Assembly: GCA_965153455.1 (NCBI GenBank)
Contig: OZ234493.1
Location: forward strand, 33,036,213-33,100,212
Source: Sphagnum compactum
Taxonomy: Eukaryota
Reading direction: 5' to 3'
Length of the DNA: 64,000 nucleotides
Of this stretch, positions 49,853 through 62,316 are shown piece by piece (the stretch's first letter is position 1; every line of letters begins with the position of its first letter). The notes under the pieces were generated by a model. The model saw only the letters and a program-made list of their open reading frames with translations, made no database searches and had not been told where the DNA came from. A program made the position numbers and the translations under genes.

Positions 49853-50152
49853 ATGCCAAGATTGGGGGACATTTGGGTTCCCAAATCGACTCCTTCAGCA
49901 AATCATTTTCCCAGGCTTTACATCCCTAGAGTGGAGGACTTGTTCCAGACTGGAGATCGCATTATCCGAGTGGAGCATGGTGGGTCGAGGTCGCGTCTGA
50001 TCAGTTGGAGGATCTGGCGCGATGCAGGAGAAAGCTGGCAATTCCAGCAGGAGTCCTCAGATGAGCAGATCTTTTCTCTTATTTCGTCTGACTTCTCGCC
50101 TTTACCTTTGAGACCTGTCGCTGAAGGTGAGCAGTCTACGTTCTTTGGTTGA
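49853..50152 (+). CDS. Putative extra ORF 2 (99 aa from ATG 49853; frame open from 49748) in the retrotransposon leader
   Basis: MPRLGDIWVPK...SWRIWRDAGESWQFQ...STFFG*. No recognised domain. Confidence 0.35.
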   Translation: MPRLGDIWVPKSTPSANHFPRLYIPRVEDLFQTGDRIIRVEHGGSRSRLISWRIWRDAGESWQFQQESSDEQIFSLISSDFSPLPLRPVAEGEQSTFFG

Positions 50153-50207
50153 ATCGCAACTAACTCTGTCTTGAAGGTTGTGGGTTAGTGTTGCACCTCC
50201 ATTCAGG

Positions 50208-53200
50208 ATGACAAGTCCACAAGGTATGGACGAATTGTTCTGGGGGCGCGAGCATGAAGACGTCAGTGATTGGGCTGAAAGGCTCACCATGGCTGCTGAG
50301 GTGCGAGACCTCAATGCGGACAAGCTTTTTAAGATTGCTAAGCTCAACTTGAGAGGACAGGCCCGTGAATGGTTCAGGAAGCTGCAGCCGGCGCCGGCCG
50401 ACTGGCTTGAGCTGAGAGCACAGATTTTGCAGAAGTATGGCAATGTGGACTATGATGACATTCGAATGAAGCTCGATGTCATCAAGCAGGAGCCCAAGGA
50501 ACGGGTGCAGAAATATTTTGAGCGATTGGATAAATTGTTTCAGCGGGGGAAAATCCCCGATGCTGAACAGAGGAGGCGATTTCTGGGTAAGTTGAGACCA
50601 GAAATTAGGAAAATATGTGTTGTTAGGACCTACGCTGACATAGAAGAAATGGTGGGTGCTGCCACAGAACTCGAAAGGGTGCTAGGTGAGCTTGGCGAAA
50701 CTCCATTCGAACCTCTTAAGGAAGAGCGGGAGGAAGGAGTTGCAGAGACAATGATGGAGAAGCAAGTGAATGCTTTCAATGATACGCTTGTCAATTTTAT
50801 GAAGGGGAATGTGTCTAAACCTGTCACATCGTCCTCTTCCAGTATGTCTACAATGTGCCAAATTTGTAGAGGAGGAGACCACACTGCCTTAGCATGTCCG
50901 AGGCTCAATGAACCCCGGCCCAAATGTGCCAAATGTGGGATGCCGCATAGGACAGAGAATTGTGGTGTGAAGTGTTCCTTCTGTGCAGGATTAGGGCATT
51001 CGGAGGACAGATGCTGGAAGAAACCAAGGGATGGGAAGATGCACCCCGGATCAGCTAACTTCCTGGAAGTGATGCTGGATGATGAGGAAGCGACTCTTCA
51101 CCAGCTTAACGAGCTGTGTGGGCGTAAGAACTTGTTCTCCTATACTCGGGTACCAAGAAGAAGAAATCCTGTGGAGGTTACGCCAGCAGCGTCTGGACTG
51201 ACAGCTGACGATACAATTGTGGGAGCAGAAGGCAATCGGGAGGGGTCTGTCAAGTCTAAGATTCTCTCCCACTTTATCAAAGGAAAGGTATCACTGACGC
51301 CGATGGAGACAGTGATGATGATACCGGGAGAACTGGAGCACCTTGAGAATCTTGTGAAGGTAGCTCGAAGAAAGAAAGACACGGAGGCGGCAAACACTCA
51401 AGTGACGATGGTTTCAGCCATCCCAGCACTCAGGCGCCTGTGCATTAGCAAGACGCACAGGAGCAAAACACTCCACCTGTCGGTGGAAGTGAATCAATGT
51501 TTGATTGAGGGACTGGTAGACACTGGAGCATCCATGTCAATCATGGCAGCTGCAGTGGTTCGAGAGCTGGGTCTAATGCATTTAGTAACTGGATCGGAAG
51601 CATACAAGACGGCCTCAGGTGCCATTACACAGGCACTCGGCCGAATTGAGGAGGTGCCGATAAAAGTTGGAGGGGTACAATGTAGGATGACATTCATGGT
51701 TGTGGATACTGATAGCTATGATGTTTTGCTCGGGCTTGATCTGCTGATCAAGATTGGTGCGATTGTGGATGTAGAGCAGGGGCTGATCCAAATCAAGCGA
51801 GGTCCTGGTGCTGATGTGGAAGTGCTGCCACTCACTGTGGTAAATCTGTTGCAGAGGTCGGGGTCAGCCACTGGTGACCACCATAACGATTATGTTCAGA
51901 GACAAACACCTGGAATTACGGAAGTAAGGAGGGGAGCGTCCTATTTGTCTCGGCAGGATACGGATGAACAGTTAGCTGAGCTGGAGTCCGAGTCGGATCC
52001 TGGCTCAAGCGAAGAATCTGATGAAGAGAATCAATCGAGGGGTACAGTTGAAGGTGGATCTGAGTTCGGGAACACCGAGCTTGAAGATTTAGTGTCAAAA
52101 GAGGGGCCACAACAAATTCTGCAGCTGATGCTGCGAGACAAAACAGACGATTTGCTGAAGGAGGAAATTACTGATGATGAGGACTATGCCGACTGGATCC
52201 AATGGGCTGCAGAAGAGGAGCAACGTATGCAGAGCCTCTCGGAAGCAGCAATTGCAGCCGAAGAATCCGTGCTGCTGCAGCTTCAGCAGATGGAGGTCGC
52301 TGATTCGAGTGGCTGTGTGGAGGAGCGCATCATGAAGAACCCCAAGGAGGAGACACGATGGGGCGAAATTTGTCAGAAGATCAGAATTGATCAGCACTTG
52401 GACAAAGGGATGGAGCGACAGTTATGGTGCGTTCTGGAACAATATCAAGATGTATTCGCCTGGAACAAAGGGGAGCTTGGATGTTGCAACGTTGGAGAGC
52501 ATCAAATCGACACACAAGGGTTCCCCCCTTGTAAGGTAGCCCCTGGTCGATTGTCGTATTGGGAAGAGGTAGAGGTAAACAGGCAGATTAATGTGTTGGT
52601 CGAGTTGGGAAAAATGCGGCCAAGCAACTCAGCCTACGCCTGCCGTGTGACTCTGCCTGTCAAGAAAGATGGAAGTAGACGATTCTGTGGGGATTACAGA
52701 CCCCTCAATTTGCAAACTCGGAGGGATTCATTCCCCATGCCTCTTGTGGAGGATATCATCTCTCAATTGGGCAAGTCAGCGTGGTTCACTGCACTGGATC
52801 TACAGTCGGGATTCTGGCAGATCAAGATGGCTCCAGAGGACATGGGAAAGACAGCACTGGTTACTAAAAATGGGTTGTTCGAATGGACTGTCATGCCATT
52901 CGGACTCAAGAATGCCACAAGTACCTTTACGCGGACTATGACCGAAGTCTTCAAAGGTTTGGGGGACTCATTCCTGAAGACCTTCGTTGATGACCTCAAT
53001 GTCCACAGTGAGGAATGGCAAGATCATCTTCAGCACCTGGGAGCTGTACTCTCCAGACTAAGGGAAGTAAACCTGAAGCTGAACCCGAGCAAGTGTTGTT
53101 TTGCTGCAGGTAGTGTAGTCTTCCTAGGACATGTAGTCAGCAAAGAAGGGACTAGACCTGATCCCAGTAAGGTCGATGCAGTGCGGGGATTCCCGGCGCC

Positions 53201-55538
53201 TACAACAGTTACCAATGTCAAATCCTTCTTGGGACTGACAGGATACTACCGCAAATATATTAAGGGATATTCTAAGTTGGCAGGTCCTTTGTTTGAGCTC
53301 ACTAAGAAAGATGTGGACTTTGTCTGGAATCCGGATTGCCAGAGGGCGTTTGCCGATTTGAAGAAGGCTCTGATGGGAGCCCCAATTCTGGTGAGGCCGA
53401 ATTTCAAGGAGCCATTTTGTCTCGATGTAGACTGGTCGACCAAGGGGGTTGGTGCGATCCTGTCACAGAGAGAAGGTGGATTTGAAAGGGTTATAGCTTA
53501 CGCCAACAAGGCATTGGCGTTGGCACAAAGGAAGTTTCACCCCATGGAAGGGGAATGCTATGCTTTGATATGGGGAATCTTGCATTTCAGGCAATACTTG
53601 CATAGAACCCACTTCACGTTGAGGACGGACCATAAGCCGCTCGAGTGGCTAGCGACTGTGTCTGATGCGCATGGAAGGAGAGGCAGATGGATTGACCTGC
53701 TATAGGACTATAGCTTTAAGATAGTCCACAGACCGGGCATGAGACATGCGAATGCTGATGCTCTTAGTCGGAATCCGGTGGGGAAGGCTGTGGACGATGA
53801 GGACTTCCAACAGGAGATTCAGGATGATCCACATACACAACCCGAAGTGGCCGAGACGATTGAGAAGGTATTAGCTGTTCGGCATGGCCAGCATATGGAG
53901 TGGCTTGGAAATAGGAAGCAGTTATGGGGCCATACTGAGCGCCAAGGGCATAGTCACGGGATCAAACATTGGCATGACTCAGATCCTCACCACCTGTTCA
54001 TGATTGACTTGGTGACAGCAACGGATACTGAGGAAGAGGCGACTCCAAGTGCAGAGCAGATGGAGGTAACTGAGCATGAAAACTTGGAAGTCAACCATGG
54101 TGAGTTGAGGCGTTGGAAGGACTAGACAAAGTATTATGACAGAAGGCAACAGCTGGAGCTGGTTCTTGCTGCTCAAGGATTGTCTGAAATTGAAGGCCGC
54201 GAGATCAACCCAACCACTGCGGGTGGAGAAGCTAAGTATGGGGTTGAAGTGAAGGAGCCCGACATATGGAAGGATGCGATCTGTCTGGCATTCCTGAAAG
54301 AGGGAGTGCTACCCGATATGGTTGAGCATGAGGAGGGCAAGAGGGCTAGAAAGCGAGCAGAACACTACTGTTGGAAGGAGCAGAGGCTTTTCTTCAAAGA
54401 CTTGTATGTGCCCAGGCCTGAAGAAAGAAGGTCACTAGTGATTCAGATGCATGAGGATCTGGGACATTCGGGCGAACAGAGGCTCTTGACCGAGATTTGT
54501 CGAAGGTATTTCTGGCACTGCCGAACTGAGGACGTCAAGTCGGAAGTTGTCAGAAGTTGCCAGCAATGTCAGCTGGTCAAGAGTGAAGGAAGCGTCCGAT
54601 CTGGGGATGAGAGACTCAAAAGCATCCCAGTCTGTGATTTGTTTTACAGAGTGGCGATGGACACTGCTGGACCACTGCCTGAGACCAAGGCAGGAAACAA
54701 GTACATATTTGTAGCCATCGACCATTACTCCAAATGGTGTGAAGCCAAGGCCGTGGCTGATCATGGTGCAAAGACGGCAGCCAGGTTCCTGGAGGACGAT
54801 TTGATTTGTAGGTATGGAGTACCTGGTTTCATACTAACTGACAACGGAGGGGAGTGGGGTGCAGAGTTTGAAGTCATGTGCAAGGACTATGCTATACAGC
54901 ATCAGCGCACGGCACCTCAATGGCCCCAGTGCAACGGGATGGCAGAACGCATGATCAAAACCATCAAGCATGGTATCATGGTTCTGGCCACGAATCCTGC
55001 AAATGTTGACTGCTGGGATGAACACCTGGCGAAAGTTTTGTTTGGGTACAGGTGTGGGGTCCAGGCGAACACCAAGTTCTCGCCATTCATGGTCCTAACC
55101 GGTCGATCACCAAGACTCCGAGCTGACAACTATCTGAGTGCATTAACTGGAGTTGTGGATGATGGAGTTGATGTTGAGCAGATTGCAGCACAGTTTCTGG
55201 AGAAGGTGAAGCTCATAGCAAGCATACATGAGAACGTCTTGCTCAACGTAGAACAGGCACAGAAGAAGCAACGAAGCACGTATGCAAGTAGGAAAGGCAA
55301 GCACCTGTTTGAAAGTCTCACTGCTGGAGAAACCATGGTCAAAATGAAGAAGCCCGGCAAGAAGCGCGCGTTGACCACGAGCTGGGAAGGCCCGTACCGA
55401 TTTGTCGGACATGTGGATGGGAAGGGCGACTATGACTTTGAAGAAGGCTGTCGTCTATGTGTTGTCCAGGATGCTGATGGGCGTCAATGGGAGAGATCTA
55501 GGAGGGACCTACAGATATTCCACATGCAACCAGATTGA
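50208..55538 (+). pseudogene. gag-pol: Single-frame gag-pol polyprotein interrupted by two TAG stops (53703-53705, 54123-54125)
   Basis: Gag with three CCHC knuckles; protease LVDTGAS; RT motifs FCGDYRPLN, LDLQSGFWQ, MPFGLKNA, FVDD; RNase H LDVDWS, RTDHKPL, ANADALSR; integrase HEDLGH..CQQC, MDTAGP, TDNG, GMAER; C-terminal WEGPY. The ORFs at 50178, 53739 and 54180 share one frame. Confidence 0.95.
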
Positions 55539-55563
55539 ACAGAGCTGAGGGACTCAGCTTTTT

Positions 55564-55576
55564 AAGAAGGGAGGGG
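55564..55576 (+). promoter_or_regulatory. Polypurine tract
   Basis: aagaagggagggg, preceded by the hairpin agctgag-gga-ctcagct and a T run, 7 nt before the 3' LTR. Confidence 0.85.
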
Positions 55577-55583
55577 CTACATA

Positions 55584-56413
55584 TGTAACCCTAAATTAGG
55601 TTACATATACTTCTGGGTGTCACCGATCAGGGAAGTGGGCTGTTGGTCAGTTGAGCCGTTTGTTTCCATGACGGCTGCTTTTACTTTACTTCCGCATGGG
55701 AGGTTTTGTTGATTTGGGAGCGGGGTAATGCACTGAGATATTTGCATGGCGGCTGCACTGAATGAGTATGGAGCCTGTGTGGCGGCTCCAAATTATGACT
55801 AAGGTCGGCGATGCAATTATGGAGAGTGGCGGTTTGGCACGGGAGAAGGGCTGAAGCTTCTGGACGAAGCTAACGATGGGGATGAGGAGAAAAGGAAGAA
55901 CGGACAAGGGGAGGGAAAAGAGAGAGTATTGAGGAGAGAGGTAGGAGTTGGATAGGACAGAGCTTAGCTGTGCTGAGAAATTTTTTCCGCTGCGTCTGAG
56001 GTAGAGTTGAGCTCCTGTTGCCGAAATAGAGGAGAGGAATTAGGGAATGAGGAGGATAGTGCATTGGGGAACGATAGAACCCTCTGCTTTCTCTGTGTGA
56101 ACTGTTGATGGCAAGAATTGCTTGAGCTGTCGAGGATGTATATATTCTGTGAATGAGAATGAAGAATTTCTTTTTGAATTCGCATCAGTGTGGATGTGCA
56201 TGTTAGAAAGTGTGAGACGTTGAATTGCTGTGTCGATTGTCTCTTAGTCTGTGAATCATAGAGAGATCAGGGAAAGCAGGAAGCAGCTTGAGTCCTGGAA
56301 ATGGAAAGCTGTTAGTGGGCGTGAGACTAATTCGTAGAACATAGACGCCAGGGTCCGCATCATATGGTGTATGTGTCGTTTGTTTCCACAGGACCCCTTC
56401 CTTTTTGGCTACA
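55584..56413 (+). repeat. 3' LTR
   Basis: tgtaaccctaaattagg...ggaccccttcctttttggctaca, followed by the TSD gtgg. Confidence 0.95.
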
Positions 56414-59400
56414 GTGGTTTATGAAACATTACCAAACAAAAGAAAATTGAAAAAATAATGCAATGCCCATCCATAAAATCTCCTTCTCTCTAATATAATA
56501 ATGGTTTTTTCTTTAAAAAAAGATATTGTTATGTATTTATTGTTGAACAAATGGGAAAAAACAATTTTTAATGAAAATTTTAAATTTCTAAATTGACTTC
56601 GGTAAAAACACGTAACTAAAAGCCAAAAAAGGCGTCGACTGTTAGACATAATCAATCAATATCAAACTTCTTTTTTTAATAACCATTTAAAACCATAGTA
56701 ATCATGGCAAGTTAGTTTTTTTACCATATGAATGTCAAGGAACTCAGAGTAAAAATTCATTCGATCCAATTTTAAGTTTTAGTTTTAATTTAAGATGTTT
56801 GAAATGTACACCTACTGTGTCAGATGAAGTCAATTTTGCCAAGGACTATCAAAAGGACTCATATAATAAAATAATTTTCATTGAAAAAAATATAAATGAT
56901 AAGCACATATTAACCACATTCAAAAAACATTCACTTTTGAAAATGTGGAATTCTAAAACTTTGAAAATTCAAAGACTGTTTCAAAATTGCTTCAAAATTT
57001 CAAAGCTTCAAGAGTCTTTTACCACATATAAATGGGCTATAATGTACATGATGTATGAAGAAAAGTTATAACGTAAAGAATGATAAAACTAAAGAATGTG
57101 AAATTTTAATTTTTGGTGATGACTTAAAATTTTGATCATTTTTCAAGATGAAACATTGAATCTATAAGGAATCTTCACACTTTTAAAAATTCATATTTAT
57201 TCAATAATGACTAACAAAAGAATGTGATGCATTAGGGAACATTTAAATTTTTTTTTTTTAAAGTTATAAAAAAACTCATTCAAAAATTCATTTGCATGTA
57301 AAAGTTTATTTTGGGAAAGAAGACATGTAGTCCTTTCCCAAAGTAATCCCTTTGGTTCCTACTTACAGGTTTTGACCCACCTCCTAGATTTAATTGATGC
57401 ATATCAATATCATACAGTGCCATAAAAAAAATCACCCAAAAATTCCACCCACAACCTTAGTTTTGAAGTATATGTGCAATTTTTCAAACTTTGTGACAAG
57501 TATTATTTTATCACAAATATATTCCATACATTCAAATTCTTCAATGTTAATTATATTTTTTCAAATAATTTAGTAAATTAAGTCTAAAACTAATCAAATA
57601 TACTTGAAAAACCAAAAATAATCTAAAATGTGATGTCCATACATTGCCAAAAAAATTATACTTGTGATTACAAGTTTTGGGGGGTTTAATGTGCTTTCAC
57701 CTATTTCAGCATGCCACTTCCTTTTTATGTTTTCCAACGTGTGATTTGAAAAATCATAGTATCTTTCTCCTATAACAATAGGATTTTTTTCACATGAAAC
57801 CTCATATTATGTTATGAATTTGCATATGCAACTTGGACCCACTCGTTGCAATCAACAACATTGTTAATTTTGAAACCTTGTTTGAACTTAATCCTTTTTT
57901 TTCCCTTTCATGATGTTGTTTCTAGAGTGGTTAGGCATCCAAAAAGGATTGACTAATGAACATATTTCTTTTTATGGTTACAAGGGTATGTGGGCCAAGA
58001 AATCAAGACTACCACCAACTAGTTGTCTTTGTCTGACAATGTTGTTTCCTTTAGTGGAGGAAAAACTCATTACATCACCATTTGCAAATTAAGCCCTAAC
58101 TATTGCAATTCTAATCCTATAGAAAAGAAAACACATTATTTGCATCTTAATTTTGAGAAACAAGGTGTACCACATCCTCCCTTCCCCAGTTGAAGATAAT
58201 TACAAATTTAAAAGCATAACTAATTAATATAACTTAAAGAAGGAAATGTTGTCCATTAACATCCATGAACAATCCAAAATTTTGAAATTTATTGCAAAGT
58301 ATTGGGTAGGACTTAAATCTTATGTTTGAAATGGTTTTGGTGGTAAAATAATATTATATACTTATAAACCCATACACCACCTTTCAACACAAATGACAAA
58401 ACCTTTATAATTGAAAGGCCACACAAACAAACAAGAATTGTTCCTAAAATGTTTATGACATGTTCCTAAATGTGTTCATGAAATTCCTAGCCCCTCATTA
58501 TTAAGTGCCAAGTTGCACCATGTAAAAACAAAAATTGGTTTATCAATTGTAATCATTTGGATATGGTTCTAATTATTGATAAAAACCAAAACATGGGAAG
58601 TATTACAAATTTCTAAACATGAATGCAATGGCCCTTAAAGACCCCCTAATCTTGACCTTTAAAAATTGGTCAAAATTTTATGATTACTTTAATCCATTAT
58701 CTATTAATCAAATATAAAAAAGATCGTCTTAAGACCTCCTATAAATTAAAAGATTAAAAAAATGAAAAAACACATTTTTTTTGTGTTCTTAAACAAAGGA
58801 ATATGAAGTCTTATTTTCTTTAAAAATATGTCCTTGACCACTCATTTGGAATATTAAAACTCAATTTTTTGTTAATCCAATTAGAATTTCAAATTTTACA
58901 CAACTTGGGTAATCTTTAATATAAAATTTGAAGTGAAAAGTCTTTTTTTAATTAATCCTATTTTTTCTAAAATTGAATGGTTATAAGAAATTTGAGCTAT
59001 GATGTTCCTAATGGTACCACCCAAGGATGGCTTTGCCTTTTGACTAATTTTTATTAACCAAAATTGAAATTAATGATTTTAATTGGCCAAACCAAGTAAT
59101 TGCCAAACACTAGTTCATATTATAATCTACCATTATGTTGAAAAATTGGTGTAAATAAGAATAATGCAATAGTCCTTTGAGGTACATTTGTAACATGCAC
59201 TCTTGGAACACATAATAATTGTTTTAACAAAAAGACTAAAAAATATTTTTCTCATCAAAAAAAAATTTAATCAATGATTGGATCTGTGATTCATTTGTAA
59301 TTGTAATTGACATTTACAATTAGAAATATCCCTAGTCACCTTGGACAAGTGGCATAAAGTGCAACTAAAAACATGACATAACCATCAAGTTGAAAGTGTA

Positions 59401-60070
59401 GTCGCAAACCTCACAATTATGTCATAATTTTTCATCCATTACCATGGATGATCGTTAGTATGATGTGGAACCCCAATTTGTAATTGTGTTTGCCACTACA
59501 TTTGGGATATCCACACGCTACCAAATGTCCCATTGATGGGTGGTTTGGATTTAGCCATGTGGCAATTTAAAAAACCAATTATGGCTACAAAATACATGGC
59601 AACTTACCATTTGTTCAAGAAAGATATATTATAATTACATTAATTAAATATCATAATTAATCAATTATAAGTTATAATAGGCTAGGCTAGGTTAGAATAG
59701 GCTACCTAACATAGGCTAACTAAATAGGTAGATAAATAGGATCCTATTTATTATGTTGGTGACAAGCCTTTTTGATTGGTTCATCCCAAATGGCACATGC
59801 ATTTTGAACCATAAAGTTAATCCACTCTTTCACCTAGCTATATATTTTACAAGTTTGAAATTGTAAACAAAGGATAATGAAAGGGAAACACTACAACACT
59901 ATCACATCCTTTGTCCCATACAAAAACCTTATCATATATCCACACAATAAAATATCTACAATTTAGCCTACCTACTACCTATCCTATTTACTACCTACTA
60001 CCTAGATTACCTAGCCTATTAACTAGGCCTAGTAAATTAGCCTACCATTACCTATAAATAATTTAGACCA

Positions 60071-62316
60071 CACTATGAGAAATCGTGTCCACGGAGACTA
60101 AACTAGCATGCAACTAGATTGTCACGAAAACTACTGTGCAATTAAGGTACAACTACAGTATGGAAATACCATGAATTAATAATTAAAATGCCACGTCAGA
60201 ATATTTCATAGTTGTAATTTAGTTGCACATTAGTTACAACTTTGACTCTATACAGTCGCATGTACGCAAAATATATACGGTGATAGTCAACCGTAGTTTG
60301 ACCATGATCACAAGTTACAACGAAGTGGTTAATCTCAATTGTGTTGCAATTTGTGTAGCTTTAATGTTGAGTGAACAACTACTTTGTAACTGGCATATGG
60401 CATTGATGCATACGATCATGCCATGTGTACGGTTAGGTAAAGGTCCATAACATCTGGAACTTATAACTTATTTGCAATTAAAAATCAACTAAATTGGCTA
60501 CTTTTATAACTAAATTACATAACTACTATTTGTCCACTATTTTGGAATTACAGTGTTTAACTCATCTAAAATTAGTTGTCAATTATGTGGTAATTCATAT
60601 TATTAAAAGTTTTACAGATTGTGTAATTCATTGAAAATATAAATGCAGGCCTTCAATTGGATTGGAATGGTGTATTAAAGCGTTTATGAGTATGTACATA
60701 TAGATATCATTGCTTATACACTTCAAACTTTTCTAAACTAGATTATTAAATGTTTTATTGATACGAGTTGATTCGTTTATTGAATTAATTAATTAAAATA
60801 ATTCATTTTCATAACTATCTAAATAACTAAATTTTAAATAATGTAGTAAGTATTATATTCCTATTTTTGTGATTGATGTTCAATTGTTGTGTTAATAATA
60901 TTTCACTACATTGGAATTCACAATATTATGTTGGTATAAATACATATCAAATAATTAAATTTCATGAAAGGTGAAAGTCTATTTTTGAATTGAAATTAAA
61001 AGAAATGTGTATATTTGATTAAACATTCAGTAAGGGTGTACATATGAATAGGTCTTTATATACTTCAATCTCTTCTACTCAAATTCATGTTTATTATTTA
61101 ATATTTTAGAATGAATTATTCGTTACTAATTTTTAATTAATAATTAATATGTAATATACTTAATCCATTAACTAATTAAGTCAACTAAATAATAAACTAT
61201 TCATATAAATTCATTAATCATATTTGATTAATCATATTTAATTTATTCAAATAATTAATTATCTAATAGTTATCTAAAATAATTAATCATTTAATATTTA
61301 TTATAATAATTAATTATTTGATATTTATTTTGGTAATTAATTAGTTGAATTGATCAACTAATTAATTATATTTATTAATTCATATAATCAATCTTGATAA
61401 TTAATTATCATATATTTAGTTCAAATAATTAAATTCCAAATAATTATGTCAGATGATTAATTATAAATTTCAAATTAATTACAAAATTAAAATCAAACAG
61501 AAAGCACGTGGGATTTTTTTTTGGGTAGTTACAACTCAATTGCATTTAAGGTGCCACTAAAATATTTAACCCATATGCTTTGTCTTCAATATCTCATTTC
61601 ACAAATTATATAAAGGAGTGTCTCCTCTTACATTTTCACATTAAAAACATGTGCCATGTTGGGATGAGTTCATAAAAGTTTAACCCTAAAGGCAACACAT
61701 ATAACAAATTAGAAAACTTATGTGGTTACTTTTTAGTTCACCTACTCTTATAGTATTCTACTTTCTTACCTACCTACTTGCCTACCTAAATAAGTTGGTC
61801 CTACTTTTCTACTTACCTAGATAGTAAATGAGTAGGTTGGAGCTATATCAACTTACCTACTTATGACTATGTTCCGACCTACCTAGGTACATATATTTAT
61901 TTATTTCTAAAATTCAATTAATATGCCACGTGGAATTTTTTATTATTATGCCACGTTTCATAATCCAAAACCATCTAAAACAATAATCATAATGGACGAT
62001 GGATATCAATATTTCAAAAAATCATGAAAAATCTTCATAGTGCCATGTGTTAAATTTTGATGGATGGATGAAAAATGATGTCACCATGACATTATGATTG
62101 TAGTCATAGGGGAGTTGCATAATAGCTTAAAAGGAGTTGTTGCAACAAAGTTGTAATTGAGTTGTAATGAGTTGCACCGTATATACGATGAATTGTAATT
62201 CTTGCAACTTGTCCGATATCATTCACAACGTATAAGTATGGTGAGTTGCAAGTGTCCAATGCAACTCAAAAATTGAGTTGTAAGGCTAGTTGCAAAACAT
62301 ACTTTTTTTCATAATG
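60071..62316. mobile_element. Non-autonomous CACTA (En/Spm) element with a very AT-rich core
   Basis: Starts cactatgagaaa and ends ttttttcataatg. 3-bp TSD cca (60068-60070, 62317-62319). Subterminal gcaact/agttgc repeats. Confidence 0.7.

Larger units (their letters stand above)
48562..56413 (+). mobile_element. Full-length Ty3/gypsy LTR retrotransposon (no chromodomain), 7.85 kb, 4-bp TSD GTGG
   Basis: Two ~98% identical LTRs, a PBS, a PPT and gag-PR-RT-RH-INT domain order. gtgg at 48558-48561 and 56414-56417. TG...CA outer ends. Confidence 0.97.

Noticed and set aside
55543-55563. Hairpin plus T run resembling a bacterial intrinsic terminator
   Set aside because: It lies at the usual pre-PPT position of a eukaryotic gypsy element, and there is no prokaryotic context.
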